Below the pieces are notes generated by a model. It did no database searches, was not told the origin of the DNA, and worked only from the letters and a program-made list of their open reading frames with translations. DNA of 63,774 bases, the filler included, from Lama guanicoe (taxonomy: Eukaryota), in assembly GCA_013239625.1 (NCBI GenBank). It is 158 parts of 158 records of this genome, joined end to end, with 100 filler letters (N's around TTAATTAATTAA, not from the genome) between each part and the next. Parts side by side here need not be neighbours in the genome. Positions count along the whole stretch, not along the records: positions 36,745 to 37,049 come from PNXV01054783.1; positions 37,150 to 37,454 come from PNXV01054784.1; positions 37,555 to 37,859 come from PNXV01054785.1; positions 37,960 to 38,264 come from PNXV01054786.1; positions 38,365 to 38,669 come from PNXV01054787.1; positions 38,770 to 39,074 come from PNXV01054788.1; positions 39,175 to 39,479 come from PNXV01054789.1; positions 39,580 to 39,884 come from PNXV01054790.1; 150 more parts are not named here. One strand, written 5' to 3'. A program made the translations under genes and the position numbers. Below are positions 37,003 to 49,319 of this stretch, one piece after another. The stretch's first letter is position 1. Every line of letters starts with the position of its first letter.

Positions 37003-37049
37003 GGGTGGGAGGGTATAGCTCAATTGGTAGAGTGCATGCTTAGCATACA
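37003..37049 (+). mobile_element. Camelid vic-1-type tRNA-derived SINE, 5' part (cut by contig end)
   Basis: GGGTGGGAGGGTATAGCTCAATTGGTAGAGTGCATGCTTAGCAT carries an A box and matches the head of the copy at 52982. Confidence 0.8.
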
Positions 37050-40037
37050 NNNNNNNNNNNNNNNNNNNNNNNNNNNNNNNNNNNNNNNNNNNNTTAATTA
37101 ATTAANNNNNNNNNNNNNNNNNNNNNNNNNNNNNNNNNNNNNNNNNNNNGGTGACCCTTCTTGCAGGGAAGGCCATCTTCCTCCACTTACAATGTGACGG
37201 TGAACAGGACCTTCGCCTCTCTGGCCTCAGCTTTCTTGTGTGTGAGACGAGGGGATCCACTAGAAAAATCTGATCTCCATACTCCAAGGAAACCAAATGC
37301 CTTGACACTAAAGTTATCCGTAATGGTAGAATAGAATCATGGGTGAAAATAATAATCATGCTTCAGAAAGAAGTGTTCTGTTTTGCTTTTTTCCCCAAGT
37401 AGCTCCCAGTGTCCAATAGTATTTCTGACATGGAAGGGAAGTCCAAGAGCTGAGNNNNNNNNNNNNNNNNNNNNNNNNNNNNNNNNNNNNNNNNNNNNTT
37501 AATTAATTAANNNNNNNNNNNNNNNNNNNNNNNNNNNNNNNNNNNNNNNNNNNNAAATAAATAAAAATCTGGCCTAATAAAGCACATATTCTTAGAGCAC
37601 TGTTGTAGGTTGCCCCATCCCACAAAGCTTTCTTTCTCTTCTCCTTCCTAATAGCATTCTCCTTCCCTTATCTTTTGCCGTCTATCCCCAAGCTCATCTC
37701 ATCCGATCTTCAAATCCTCTAATCTTCATTTTCTTAGGCGCCATTCCCTTTCTCTTTGTTGTAGTTTTATTTTAAAAAATAAAAAGTTTGAGACTAAGTA
37801 GCTTTACTGTCATTTTCTGAGCATAGTATCTGGTACTTAGTAGGCACCTTAAAAACTACNNNNNNNNNNNNNNNNNNNNNNNNNNNNNNNNNNNNNNNNN
37901 NNNTTAATTAATTAANNNNNNNNNNNNNNNNNNNNNNNNNNNNNNNNNNNNNNNNNNNNTTTTTTTTACCTTATTTCTTTCTTTCTAATATTTGCTTTGA
38001 AATTAAATTGGTTTTCATATGCTCCCTTTGCATATACTCCCCTTGCTTAAGTTTTAAATTTTTATAATTAATTTTAAGTCTTTCTTGTTGTTCCAAGCCT
38101 TGTGTTAGTAGCAGCCTATAAATTTTGGTACATTGTATTTTCATTACTAGTCATTTGGAAATTTTTCCAATTTTCCTTTTTATATCTCCTCCTCCTACAC
38201 CTTCTTTACATTTATAATTTACTTTTGTTCATAGGTTATTTGGCAGTGTGTTAATTCCCAAATANNNNNNNNNNNNNNNNNNNNNNNNNNNNNNNNNNNN
38301 NNNNNNNNTTAATTAATTAANNNNNNNNNNNNNNNNNNNNNNNNNNNNNNNNNNNNNNNNNNNNCGTACTTTTGGTTTTCCCTTTGATACTCAATACTTA
38401 ATTTGAGGATGTCGGCTGTCTCACACCTAAGGGTGAGTTTGGGCTTGCTTTCCTTGGGGATTCCAAAAAAGAAAATGCACCAAAGTGCCTATGATGTAAA
38501 TGACATTGGTTCAGCAATCCTTTAACCCAGCCACTCCGTAGAGGACCACACATGCAAAGCGGTGAAAAGGCCAAAGTTCTTCCTGGGAACCCGGCCATGT
38601 GTCCTTTATCTTTGAAAGTCCTACCGGGGTTCAGTGGTACTGAGTATTTCTTACTATTTTCCTCTAAATNNNNNNNNNNNNNNNNNNNNNNNNNNNNNNN
38701 NNNNNNNNNNNNNTTAATTAATTAANNNNNNNNNNNNNNNNNNNNNNNNNNNNNNNNNNNNNNNNNNNNACACATTTCCAAAACCTAACCTCCAATATCA
38801 GGTAAGATAATAAATACTGGGAATGTGAAAAAATTGCAGCAAATTTTATCTTTTTCTCTTTAATGCCACAAAACCCATGAGTTTGATTGGTTTTTGTAGT
38901 TGGGCTCTTGGCAAATGGAGATTGTCCCAGGACAGGATGAGGTCTCGGTGGCTTGCATTCGGGTACGGGGCATGGTCCAGGTCTGCCCTGTAGCTGTGGG
39001 GAAGAGAAAGCATGGTAGACTCCTCGTGGGATGGCTCCCTTTCATGCTGAGATGCAGGAGAACATTGGGAACATNNNNNNNNNNNNNNNNNNNNNNNNNN
39101 NNNNNNNNNNNNNNNNNNTTAATTAATTAANNNNNNNNNNNNNNNNNNNNNNNNNNNNNNNNNNNNNNNNNNNNGTATTTCACCAAGGGGTCAAGAGGAG
39201 AGTTCTTATCTCCATACAAAGTGGAAAGAGAGAAAGGTTAAGGATTGTTTCAGGTGAAGTAAGTATTCTGACAGATTGAAGTTAAGTATTTGGACCAAAC
39301 TGTGTGTCCCCGTTATATTTTTTAATTTTTCTCTTTCCTGCTTTAAATTGTTCCATGTCTTCCTATGAGACAATGATATCATCCAATTAATAGAGATTTG
39401 TTGTCTGTGTAGATAATCCATGACACACATGTAAATAAGACTCAGCGAGTTGTCTATGCCACTGCAGTAGATTTTCTGTNNNNNNNNNNNNNNNNNNNNN
39501 NNNNNNNNNNNNNNNNNNNNNNNTTAATTAATTAANNNNNNNNNNNNNNNNNNNNNNNNNNNNNNNNNNNNNNNNNNNNTCACGATTCTCAGTGATGTGG
39601 GAGGTTTTTCTTGGGTGACCGTTTCTTCCTTTGCTACATGTCCTTGTGAGAACCTCCAGGGGTGTCAAATGCCTGATTTCTTTAATACCTCTATCAAGTG
39701 AAATTGTTGTTTTAGGGGGAGGGGGTCTGCCAAGCTCATCGTTCTGCCATTCTGGAAACCCCAGCTCCCATGATATGGCCTCTTCCTTGTGAAGGAGAAA
39801 CAGACCACGAGCCATAGTGTGTCGTGTGACATATCATGTCATTAGTTTTGCATTGAGTTTTTTTCCTGCTATTGACGTGTGATCNNNNNNNNNNNNNNNN
39901 NNNNNNNNNNNNNNNNNNNNNNNNNNNNTTAATTAATTAANNNNNNNNNNNNNNNNNNNNNNNNNNNNNNNNNNNNNNNNNNNNTATTAAATGACACCCA
40001 AATTCATACCATGTTCTGCCATCTGACTTTAAATGCT

Positions 40038-40270
40038 GGAGTTCCTTGAGGCTTGGTCTTAAGCCTTCACCTCTTCTCAGCTAATGTAGTCTGTCTCTTA
40101 GTCTAGACGATCTCATTCAGTCCCAAGGATTCAACTGCCATTGGTGACACCAGGGATTACCAGGCTTGAATCTGTAAATCAGTCCTTTCCATTTAGCCCC
40201 ACTTGTCTAAGAGTCATCTCCTCCAGGGTATATTTTCCATGCAGCCCATGCAAACATGACATGTCCAGAG
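40038..40270 (+). mobile_element. L2 LINE RT-region fossil
   Basis: GGAGTTCCTTGAGGCTTGGTCTTAAGCCTTCACCTCTTC is a decayed GVPQGSVLGPLLF motif. Confidence 0.65.
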
Positions 40271-40457
40271 TTTTATCAATGACCTTCTCNNNNNNNNNNN
40301 NNNNNNNNNNNNNNNNNNNNNNNNNNNNNNNNNTTAATTAATTAANNNNNNNNNNNNNNNNNNNNNNNNNNNNNNNNNNNNNNNNNNNNGGACGTGGCAG
40401 AGAGGATCCAGGAGGATTTGGTGAAGGAAGGGGGTGGGAAGAGCAGAAGCGGGGATA

Positions 40458-40694
40458 CAGTGACCCTCGTTATTTATGGATGATATTTTTTTTCAAATTT
40501 ACTACTTGTTAAAATTCACGTGTAATTCAAAATCAGCTCTGTGGCCCAGTCACTCACGGACATGCACAGATCAGTGGAGGCTTTGAACTCTGAGGTTGGA
40601 CAAGGCGATACCCTGCCCTCTTGTCTCAGCTCTCATGCTGTAAATACGTGTCCTTTTCCAGTCTAGTTAGTGTCTCATTTTATACTTATCTGTG
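40458..40694 (+). mobile_element. MER82-like Tigger (pogo) DNA transposon fossil
   Basis: TA|CAG start, then GGACATGCACAGA...CTGAGGTTGGACAAGGCGA...TCAGCTCTCATGCTGTAAA...TGTCCTTTTC. Confidence 0.75.
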
Positions 40695-40794
40695 NNNNNN
40701 NNNNNNNNNNNNNNNNNNNNNNNNNNNNNNNNNNNNNNTTAATTAATTAANNNNNNNNNNNNNNNNNNNNNNNNNNNNNNNNNNNNNNNNNNNN

Positions 40795-41099
40795 CTGCTG
40801 TAGTCAGTCCCCTCCCTCAGCCCCAACCCCTAGCAACCTACTTGGTATCACTATAGTTCCACCTTTTCTAGTATTTTATATAAACGGAATTGTCAACCTG
40901 TAGTATTCTGTGTCTGGCTTCTTTCATTTATAATGATGTTTTTGAGATATATCTGTGTTATTTTGTATATCAGTAACTTGATTCTTTTCGTTGCTGAATA
41001 GTATTCCATTAAATAGGTAAACAATGTGTTAATCCATTAATGATATGAAAACATTTGGATTGTTTCTAATTTGAGGCTATTATGAATAATGCTGCTACA
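40795..41099 (-). mobile_element. Old L1M 3' fragment
   Basis: TGTGTCTGGCTTCTTTCATT...TTGCTGAATAGTATTCCATT...GCTATTATGAATAATGCTGCT. Confidence 0.88.
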
Positions 41100-41316
41100 N
41101 NNNNNNNNNNNNNNNNNNNNNNNNNNNNNNNNNNNNNNNNNNNTTAATTAATTAANNNNNNNNNNNNNNNNNNNNNNNNNNNNNNNNNNNNNNNNNNNNT
41201 CTTCACACTCCAAGTGCCCCCGGTCTGGATGCAGACAGTCTGGCTCTCACCCGAGTCCTGCAGTTCCCGGCCACACCTGCTGCTGGTCACTGAGTCTGTG
41301 CTGTGTTCTATTCCAG

Positions 41317-41382
41317 GACAAGAAGTGCAATCTGCCCCCTGCCCTGCCCCCACCAGTGGTGTCAGAGGTGGCAGACAGGCAG
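41317..41382 (+). other. Candidate 66-nt internal exon of an unidentified gene
   Basis: Acceptor TGTGTTCTATTCCAG| and donor CAG|GTGAGC; length divisible by 3; phase-0 reading DKKCNLPPALPPPVVSEVADRQ. Protein not recognised. Confidence 0.3.
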
Positions 41383-42545
41383 GTGAGCTGGAGCCTGAGA
41401 CAGTGCCAGCAAATCAGTGCCCCAGAGGCCATTGGTGACTAGAGGGACCACGGGCCAGAAGCCAGCATGGGAAGGGAGGAGGAGGAAGGTTCAGGATAAG
41501 GAGANNNNNNNNNNNNNNNNNNNNNNNNNNNNNNNNNNNNNNNNNNNNTTAATTAATTAANNNNNNNNNNNNNNNNNNNNNNNNNNNNNNNNNNNNNNNN
41601 NNNNTATTTTTGAAATTTTATAAATATCATTTGAAAACGTTTTTAGGGAAAATTTGAAACATACATGTCAAAGTAGGGATCATGATACATTGAGCATTTA
41701 TTTATTATCCAGATTCAACAATAATCAAAACATAGTCAATTTCATTTTATCTAGACCCTTACACAAATTTTAGAGATGCTTTTATTGATGAAAGAATTTA
41801 ATAAGGAAAATATTAAATATATTTATTATAAAGAATATTCTTTTCCAGTGTGCCACTTTGTGTGTTATTTAGTATTTATAAAAAACCAAGACCACAGATA
41901 ACACTATTCNNNNNNNNNNNNNNNNNNNNNNNNNNNNNNNNNNNNNNNNNNNNTTAATTAATTAANNNNNNNNNNNNNNNNNNNNNNNNNNNNNNNNNNN
42001 NNNNNNNNNTAGATGGTTTTTACCTGGATTTTATTTTATATATGAAAGGTAGACACCTGCTTTTATAAACAACCTACATGAGATTTAAAAAACATTGTTG
42101 ATTAAAAATATTGTTTAGTACTTAGTATCATAAAGTATTTCACCTCTCTAGTGTGTTATTCACTGTTTTATACTTTGACTTATTCCTAATAAGTTTAACT
42201 TTAATTAGCCTAAATTGATTTTACTTTTTATTCCTTTTTTTCCGTGTTTCCCTTATGAATATCCTTATTTTGTTTCTTGAACATGCTCTGCTTGATCTAA
42301 TGTCTACAGTTTATNNNNNNNNNNNNNNNNNNNNNNNNNNNNNNNNNNNNNNNNNNNNTTAATTAATTAANNNNNNNNNNNNNNNNNNNNNNNNNNNNNN
42401 NNNNNNNNNNNNNNTTTAGCAGATTTAGTGGAGAGAATGAAATGATGGGAGAGGAATGTGGGAAGGCCGATGCTATTCTTAGTGAGAGTCAGATCTGTCC
42501 ATTTTATTATGAAATCCGACCTACCGAGAGAAATTGCTTTATCTG

Positions 42546-42718
42546 AAACAACAAGGACCTACTGTATAGCACAGGGAACTAAAGTCAATTTCTTATAACA
42601 AAATATAATGGAAAAGAATCTGAAATATATGTATGTATATGTATAACTGAATCCTTTTGCTGTGCACCTTAAGCTAACATTGTAAATCAACTACACTTCA
42701 ATTTAAAAATTAAAAAAA
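42546..42718 (+). mobile_element. Cetartiodactyl-type L1 3' terminus with A tail
   Basis: AACAACAAGGACCTACTGTATAGCACAGGGAACT...TGTAAATCAACTACACTTCAATTTAAAAA. Confidence 0.92.
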
Positions 42719-42924
42719 NNNNNNNNNNNNNNNNNNNNNNNNNNNNNNNNNNNNNNNNNNNNTTAATTAATTAANNNNNNNNNNNNNNNNNNNNNNNNNN
42801 NNNNNNNNNNNNNNNNNNTGTGGACTGTCATTTTGGCCTTCGTGCTCTGCTGTGTTAAAGTCAACAGAAACCATTAGTGAGCTTCTCGCGGCCAGAGGGA
42901 GGAGGGCAGACAGGTGAGAAGTGC

Positions 42925-43123
42925 GGACTCGAGCCCGGCTGCCCTTTTACTTACTTTCAGCTGCGCTGCCTCTCAGTGCGCTAGCATCTTCTCTGCACGG
43001 GGGACAGGATAACCACACCTACTGTCCGGCCTCATTCGGGAGGACCTGTGGGTGTGTTCGTACCTGTAGAGCACTTAGAATGGTGCCTGGCTTGTAGCAG
43101 AAGTTCTGCGAATTTAGCTCTTA
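42925..43123 (+). mobile_element. Diverged MIR SINE
   Basis: ACCTACTGTCCGGCCTCATTCGGGAGGAC...TGTAGAGCACTTAGAATGGTGCCTGGC...GTAG. Confidence 0.6.
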
Positions 43124-44555
43124 NNNNNNNNNNNNNNNNNNNNNNNNNNNNNNNNNNNNNNNNNNNNTTAATTAATTAANNNNNNNNNNNNNNNNNNNNN
43201 NNNNNNNNNNNNNNNNNNNNNNNAAGCCTGAGGGAAGTGGGGTGGGGCTAGAGCCCTGGAAGCCAGGACCTCGTCTGAAGGACACCCTGGATCCAGGCTG
43301 AGGGACACACACACCTGGAGGACCACTGCTCCAGGATGAAGTTGGGACACAGGCTGCCCCAGCAAGCCTGAGAATGAAATGAGAGCTCAGGTTTCTTCCT
43401 GGTAACCAAACCCTCCTTCTTTTTACTCACCCTTTGTATTTGGTACTGTGTTTTTTGAAGAGAAGCAACTTCTCACGCAGGTAACATTTCAGATTATCCT
43501 GGTTTTAAGCAGACTGCTCACTCTGAATNNNNNNNNNNNNNNNNNNNNNNNNNNNNNNNNNNNNNNNNNNNNTTAATTAATTAANNNNNNNNNNNNNNNN
43601 NNNNNNNNNNNNNNNNNNNNNNNNNNNNCTGGTGTTAGGGAGTTCAGATGATCAGTGGTGAACTTCCTGTCACGCTAGCAGCGCCTTCGTTTTCCTCCCT
43701 CTCAGTGCTCAGGTACTCCGTTTGCATTATGTTAGATTGTGCTTGTTATATGTTGGTTTATAAAAGGTTTTAAGTGTGTACCAGGAATCCGAAACTAGAT
43801 TTAAACTCATACAAGGAGATGTAACACTTTTTTTTCTTTTTAGACCACTTTGCATTATGCTGCAAAAGTTATTGACTCACAGGGATTCAAAGTGCCAAGA
43901 TAATGGAGATGTCCTAATATTTTAAAAATATAANNNNNNNNNNNNNNNNNNNNNNNNNNNNNNNNNNNNNNNNNNNNTTAATTAATTAANNNNNNNNNNN
44001 NNNNNNNNNNNNNNNNNNNNNNNNNNNNNNNNNCCTGGCCTAAACTGATGATTGCATGCTCTGTAGCTTGTCAGTTACTACTAACCCTTGAGATAAATGA
44101 TCCTAGAGATACTGGTCTTCAGAGTAATATGGATCAGACTTCATGCTACAACTTTGAATGTATTCTGTGGCCCTTAGAATCCTCAAGTGTCTCCATTAGA
44201 CTAGTGTATAAGTCTGTGTAGGAGTGATGGCTCAGATTTGCTCTGCATAGTCCTGTTAATGCAGTGAAAGTTTTGAGGGTGTATCTAATATATGAGTTGA
44301 CTAAGGGTGATTTTAAGTGTAGTAGGCAATCAGGTGAANNNNNNNNNNNNNNNNNNNNNNNNNNNNNNNNNNNNNNNNNNNNTTAATTAATTAANNNNNN
44401 NNNNNNNNNNNNNNNNNNNNNNNNNNNNNNNNNNNNNNCTGGCTGCTGCTCACTCCCATCTCTACCTGTGGCCTCACACCAATTTCCCATCACCAATGTC
44501 TCTTTTTTTCTGCATAGAATTCTCGTCTTTGTGCTTGTCTATTTCTGTTTCTTCA

Positions 44556-44632
44556 TTTCTTATAAAGACATCCATTATCCAGGGTTAAGAGCCCACCCTA
44601 GTCCTGGATAACCTCATCTGACCTTACACTTA
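44556..44632. mobile_element. MaLR MLT1 LTR fragment
   Basis: TTCTTATAAAGACA...GCCCACCCTAGTCC...ACCTCATCT. Confidence 0.6.
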
Positions 44633-44634
44633 TG

Positions 44635-44742
44635 TTTATTTTTTTTTTTGCAGGAGGGAGATAACTAGGTTTCCTTACTTATTTATTTGACTGATGGAGG
44701 GACTGGGGATTGAACCCAGGACCTCGTGCATGCTAGGCACGT
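44635..44742 (-). mobile_element. Camelid vic-1-type tRNA-derived SINE, 3' part
   Basis: PolyT...ATGGAGGGGACTGGGGATTGAACCCAGGACCTCGTGCATGCTAGGCA, with B box GGTTCAATCCC on the minus strand. Confidence 0.88.
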
Positions 44743-46057
44743 NNNNNNNNNNNNNNNNNNNNNNNNNNNNNNNNNNNNNNNNNNNNTTAATTAATTAANN
44801 NNNNNNNNNNNNNNNNNNNNNNNNNNNNNNNNNNNNNNNNNNGAAGTCCCTGCAGTCATTTTAAGAAGATGGTTCCGTCTTAGCCAAAGCTTCACCTTCC
44901 AGGCAACCATACAAATATTCTGCATTTGGAAGCAACATGTCAAGTTCTGACGCACACCTGAAAGGTGCAAAATCCAGGAGGGGATGCACTCATCATTTCA
45001 GCAAAGAACAGCCAAACACTGAAATTTTCAATATTCTCAACCAGAGTCGCAAGGACTACTTAAAATATAAAAGTAGTAAGTGAAAACATTTTTCCTTCTC
45101 AAGGACTTGCACAATATGCTTTGTCTCCAAATATTTTTTCTGAAAACNNNNNNNNNNNNNNNNNNNNNNNNNNNNNNNNNNNNNNNNNNNNTTAATTAAT
45201 TAANNNNNNNNNNNNNNNNNNNNNNNNNNNNNNNNNNNNNNNNNNNNGATAGTATCAGGGAGTTTCTTCCAAACAAAAGCACAGATATCTAAAACATTCT
45301 TTTTATAATTAGCTGCACAATGATTCATAAGAAGAAGATTTGCTTCTCCTAATGATACAAAACTATACTGTTTCCTTTTATCCCCCTACAAATGATGCTG
45401 CAATATTTGTGTCTGATATTTATATTTCTATAGCATAAATTTCTGAATGTAAGCTAGCTAGGTCAAAGATCAAGTGCATTTTACTAGAAATCACCAAATT
45501 AGTTTCTGAAAATGTACCCACTATAGCTAAGTGTAGAATACCCAAATGGTGANNNNNNNNNNNNNNNNNNNNNNNNNNNNNNNNNNNNNNNNNNNNTTAA
45601 TTAATTAANNNNNNNNNNNNNNNNNNNNNNNNNNNNNNNNNNNNNNNNNNNNCAGGAAAGCCTGGCGATGTGCTCGGGGTCAGGTCACAAAAGATGCACA
45701 CCCTGGTCCTCTGGTCCCGGCACCGTGCTGTTTCACCTGCCCGCCTGGGTCCAGATGTGGGGGGGCAAGGACAAGCCCCCTTTGAAGAGGACAGGCGTCC
45801 TTTCCAGGGAGAGCACTGCAGCGCGGGGGCCATCACTCAGCCGCAGAGCCTGTCCCCGGGGGTGCAGCGCTCCCCTGCAGAGCGCTAAGGGTGCCCTGTG
45901 TCCTCCTGTGGTGCTGGGATTCAAGCCACGAAATGCAGAACTCAAAGAGAAATGTCANNNNNNNNNNNNNNNNNNNNNNNNNNNNNNNNNNNNNNNNNNN
46001 NTTAATTAATTAANNNNNNNNNNNNNNNNNNNNNNNNNNNNNNNNNNNNNNNNNNNN

Positions 46058-46362
46058 AGCACTACAGTTTTACTCCCTGCCATGTTTTATGATTTTGATG
46101 GCATATTTTACATCTGTTTATTTTGTGTATTGCTTAACTCATTATTTTAACTATAGACGATTTCACTACTTTTAATTTTTAACCTTCATTCTGACTTTAT
46201 AGTAGTTGACCCACTACCTCTAATACATGTTTGTCTCTACCAGCTAGAATGTTCCTTTCATAATTTTTTGGTTCCTAGTTATAGCCTTTTATTTTCTGTT
46301 AAAAGTCCTTTTAACATTTCTTGTAAGGCTAGTCTACTGGTGATGAACTTTTTAAACTTTTG
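46058..46362 (-). mobile_element. LINE-1 ORF1-end / inter-ORF fragment
   Basis: CCTTTTAACATTTCTTGTAAGGCTAGTCTACTGGTGATGAACT. Confidence 0.8.
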
Positions 46363-46867
46363 NNNNNNNNNNNNNNNNNNNNNNNNNNNNNNNNNNNNNN
46401 NNNNNNTTAATTAATTAANNNNNNNNNNNNNNNNNNNNNNNNNNNNNNNNNNNNNNNNNNNNATTCTGTAGGGTATAAACTTGGAATGAGCCCCCTGGGT
46501 TAGGTAAAAAAAATCCAGTGTGTTTCATGTCTCTTAAGAATATTTTTGATTCTTAAAATATTATCTCAAATGTTACTCCTTAACAAAATATTACACACTT
46601 TACTCTCAGGCTATAAATTCTTTCTGGATATTCTTTCTGAAGATTGTGTTCTCAGGGACTTTTTCCAGTCAGGGGCTTCTTTCGGGAAGAACTTTAAACT
46701 CTTTATTTATAAATCTCATCGCTGTATGCATACTCCTTAACTCTTCTCCTTTACTTGCTGTTTCATANNNNNNNNNNNNNNNNNNNNNNNNNNNNNNNNN
46801 NNNNNNNNNNNTTAATTAATTAANNNNNNNNNNNNNNNNNNNNNNNNNNNNNNNNNNNNNNNNNNNN

Positions 46868-47080
46868 ATAATTCTGTGTTGCATATTTGAAAGTTGCTAA
46901 GAGAGCAATTGTAAAAGGTTTACCACAGGAAGAAAAATTTTGTTACTATACATGTGACAGATGTCAAGTAGACTTATTGTGGTGATCATTTTGCAGTGTA
47001 TACAAATATTTACTCACTATGTTGTACACCTAAAATGAATGCAATGTTACATGTCAATTATACCTCAATTAAAAAATAAA
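46868..47080 (+). mobile_element. L1MA-type 3' terminus
   Basis: TTTGAAAGTTGCTAAGAGAG...GACTTATTGTGGTGATCATTTTGCAGTGTATACAAAT...TGTCAATTATACCTCAATTAAAAA. Confidence 0.9.
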
Positions 47081-47272
47081 AAGGAAAAAAATGACAAAAT
47101 TCTAAAATTTTCTGTTGATTCATGTGTGATTTTTTAACCCTCAAAGGAGGACTATCTGGGAGTTTTGGAGAGNNNNNNNNNNNNNNNNNNNNNNNNNNNN
47201 NNNNNNNNNNNNNNNNTTAATTAATTAANNNNNNNNNNNNNNNNNNNNNNNNNNNNNNNNNNNNNNNNNNNN

Positions 47273-47577
47273 TGATGAAAGAATATGACACTATCAAAAC
47301 TGAACATATATAGTTGAAAAAGGACCAAATAGAACTTTTAGAACTCTGAAATGTTATCAATTTTCATTGAAAAGTCAATGAGTAGAATAAGAAGATGATT
47401 GGACACAGCTGAAGTGGGAATATGGAAAATAGATGTGAGAAATTACAGTGGATCCAGCACATAGAAACACAGATGTGAAATATAAAAGAGAGATTAAGAG
47501 ACATAGAGGATAAAGTGAAAAAGATCCACAAACATTCAAGGAGTTCCAGGAGGAGAAAGCAGAGAGATTGGAGGAGA
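47273..47577 (+). mobile_element. Old LINE-1 ORF1 fragment
   Basis: ACCAAATAGAACTTTTAGAA...GGACACAGCTGAAG...GGAGTTCCAGGAGGAGAAAG. Confidence 0.75.
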
Positions 47578-48272
47578 NNNNNNNNNNNNNNNNNNNNNNN
47601 NNNNNNNNNNNNNNNNNNNNNTTAATTAATTAANNNNNNNNNNNNNNNNNNNNNNNNNNNNNNNNNNNNNNNNNNNNTTTTTTTTTTTTAAACAATGTAT
47701 GTTAGCAAATTCTGAAGTTCTCCTCGGTCTAAAATATCTGGAGGAAAGTTTTTTCACTATATTTAATCTGTTCAGTCAAAACTCCTCTATAACAATTTTA
47801 GTTTGCATTTTCCCAAGCCTCTTCTAAAGTACAATTACAGCATGTATGAATTCTGACATACATGACAGAATTATCAGACATATATAGACAGTTTGACTAT
47901 TTGTACTTGGGACAGCAGACATGCCATTGCTTTAGATTCCCAGGGAAGCTCCCCTAGTAAAATCTCAGATTTCATAAACTCCNNNNNNNNNNNNNNNNNN
48001 NNNNNNNNNNNNNNNNNNNNNNNNNNTTAATTAATTAANNNNNNNNNNNNNNNNNNNNNNNNNNNNNNNNNNNNNNNNNNNNATACTAATTCCTGTGAAA
48101 GGAAACAGAGAAAAACCTAAGAGACCAAGGGACTTAAGGAGGTGTTGAAAGGGAGAAAGGAGGGAGAATAAATCTCTGCCTTAAAGTGAGATAAGTTAAA
48201 GTGTTCCTCCAAGACTTTCTATCAGAGGAGATTGGGGGATTTTACCTGCCTGCTTATGTCACATCCACATTG

Positions 48273-48387
48273 GATATGCTGGACCAAAGGGATGAATCAG
48301 GTCTCAGGAAGGATGGAGCCAGTGGCCATGAGATTTCATCATGCTACTCAGAGGGGCATGCAATTTAAAACTTTAAATTATTTCTTT
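48273..48387. mobile_element. Tigger2/MER8-like DNA transposon fossil
   Basis: CTGGACCAAAGGGATGAATCA...GAGATTTCATCATGCTACTCAGA...GCAATTTAAAACTT. Confidence 0.75.
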
Positions 48388-48487
48388 NNNNNNNNNNNNN
48401 NNNNNNNNNNNNNNNNNNNNNNNNNNNNNNNTTAATTAATTAANNNNNNNNNNNNNNNNNNNNNNNNNNNNNNNNNNNNNNNNNNNN

Positions 48488-48788
48488 AAAATACATGCAC
48501 CTCAATGTTCATAGCAGCACTATTTACAATAGCTGAAACATGGAAACAACCTAAATGTCCATTGACAGATGACTGGAGAAAAAAGCTGTGGTATATTTAT
48601 ATAATAGAATACTACTCAACCATTAAAAATAGTAAAATAATGCCATCTGCAGCAACATAAATGGGCCTGGACATTGCCGTTCTAAATGAAGTAAGCCGGA
48701 AGGAGAAAGAAGAATACCATATGATGTCACTTATATGTGGAATCTAAACAAAAGACAAATGAACTTATTTACAAAACAGAAACAGACT
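48488..48788 (+). mobile_element. LINE-1 ORF2 C-terminus and start of 3' UTR
   Basis: Translates TCTSMFIAALFTIAETWKQPKCPLTDDW...; followed by AATGAACTTATTTACAAAACAGAAACAGACT. Confidence 0.95.
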
Positions 48789-49293
48789 NNNNNNNNNNNN
48801 NNNNNNNNNNNNNNNNNNNNNNNNNNNNNNNNTTAATTAATTAANNNNNNNNNNNNNNNNNNNNNNNNNNNNNNNNNNNNNNNNNNNNCAAGATCAAGGG
48901 CAAACCCTCTGTCAGGAGAAGCCTGAGCCTGGCTCACAGTCTCACCTACCTCTGCTACCCTCCACCATCTAGGCTTCAGTCACCAGGAACGTTTTCTGAT
49001 TCTTGAATTTACCTCTGAGTCATTGGCCATGCTGTGCCCTCTGCTGGGTTGCCTCCCGTGTCCCCATCCCCTAAGTCTTCCTTCTCCTCTGCATGTGACA
49101 TCTACTTACTCCTCCCCAAGAGGCCTTCTCGGGGTTAGGGCCGCCCTGTATACCACCCCTCATAGGATGGTCACCTGCCCTCCAGCCTGGCTGNNNNNNN
49201 NNNNNNNNNNNNNNNNNNNNNNNNNNNNNNNNNNNNNTTAATTAATTAANNNNNNNNNNNNNNNNNNNNNNNNNNNNNNNNNNNNNNNNNNNN

Positions 49294-49319
49294 ACACACA
49301 CACACACACACACACACAC
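49294..49319. repeat. (AC)n microsatellite at contig start
   Basis: Pure AC run. Confidence 0.95.

Noticed and set aside
43826..43903. PolyT-AG acceptor followed by TTLHYAAK (ankyrin-like)
   Set aside because: Similarity ends after the short motif and the frame stops with no donor.
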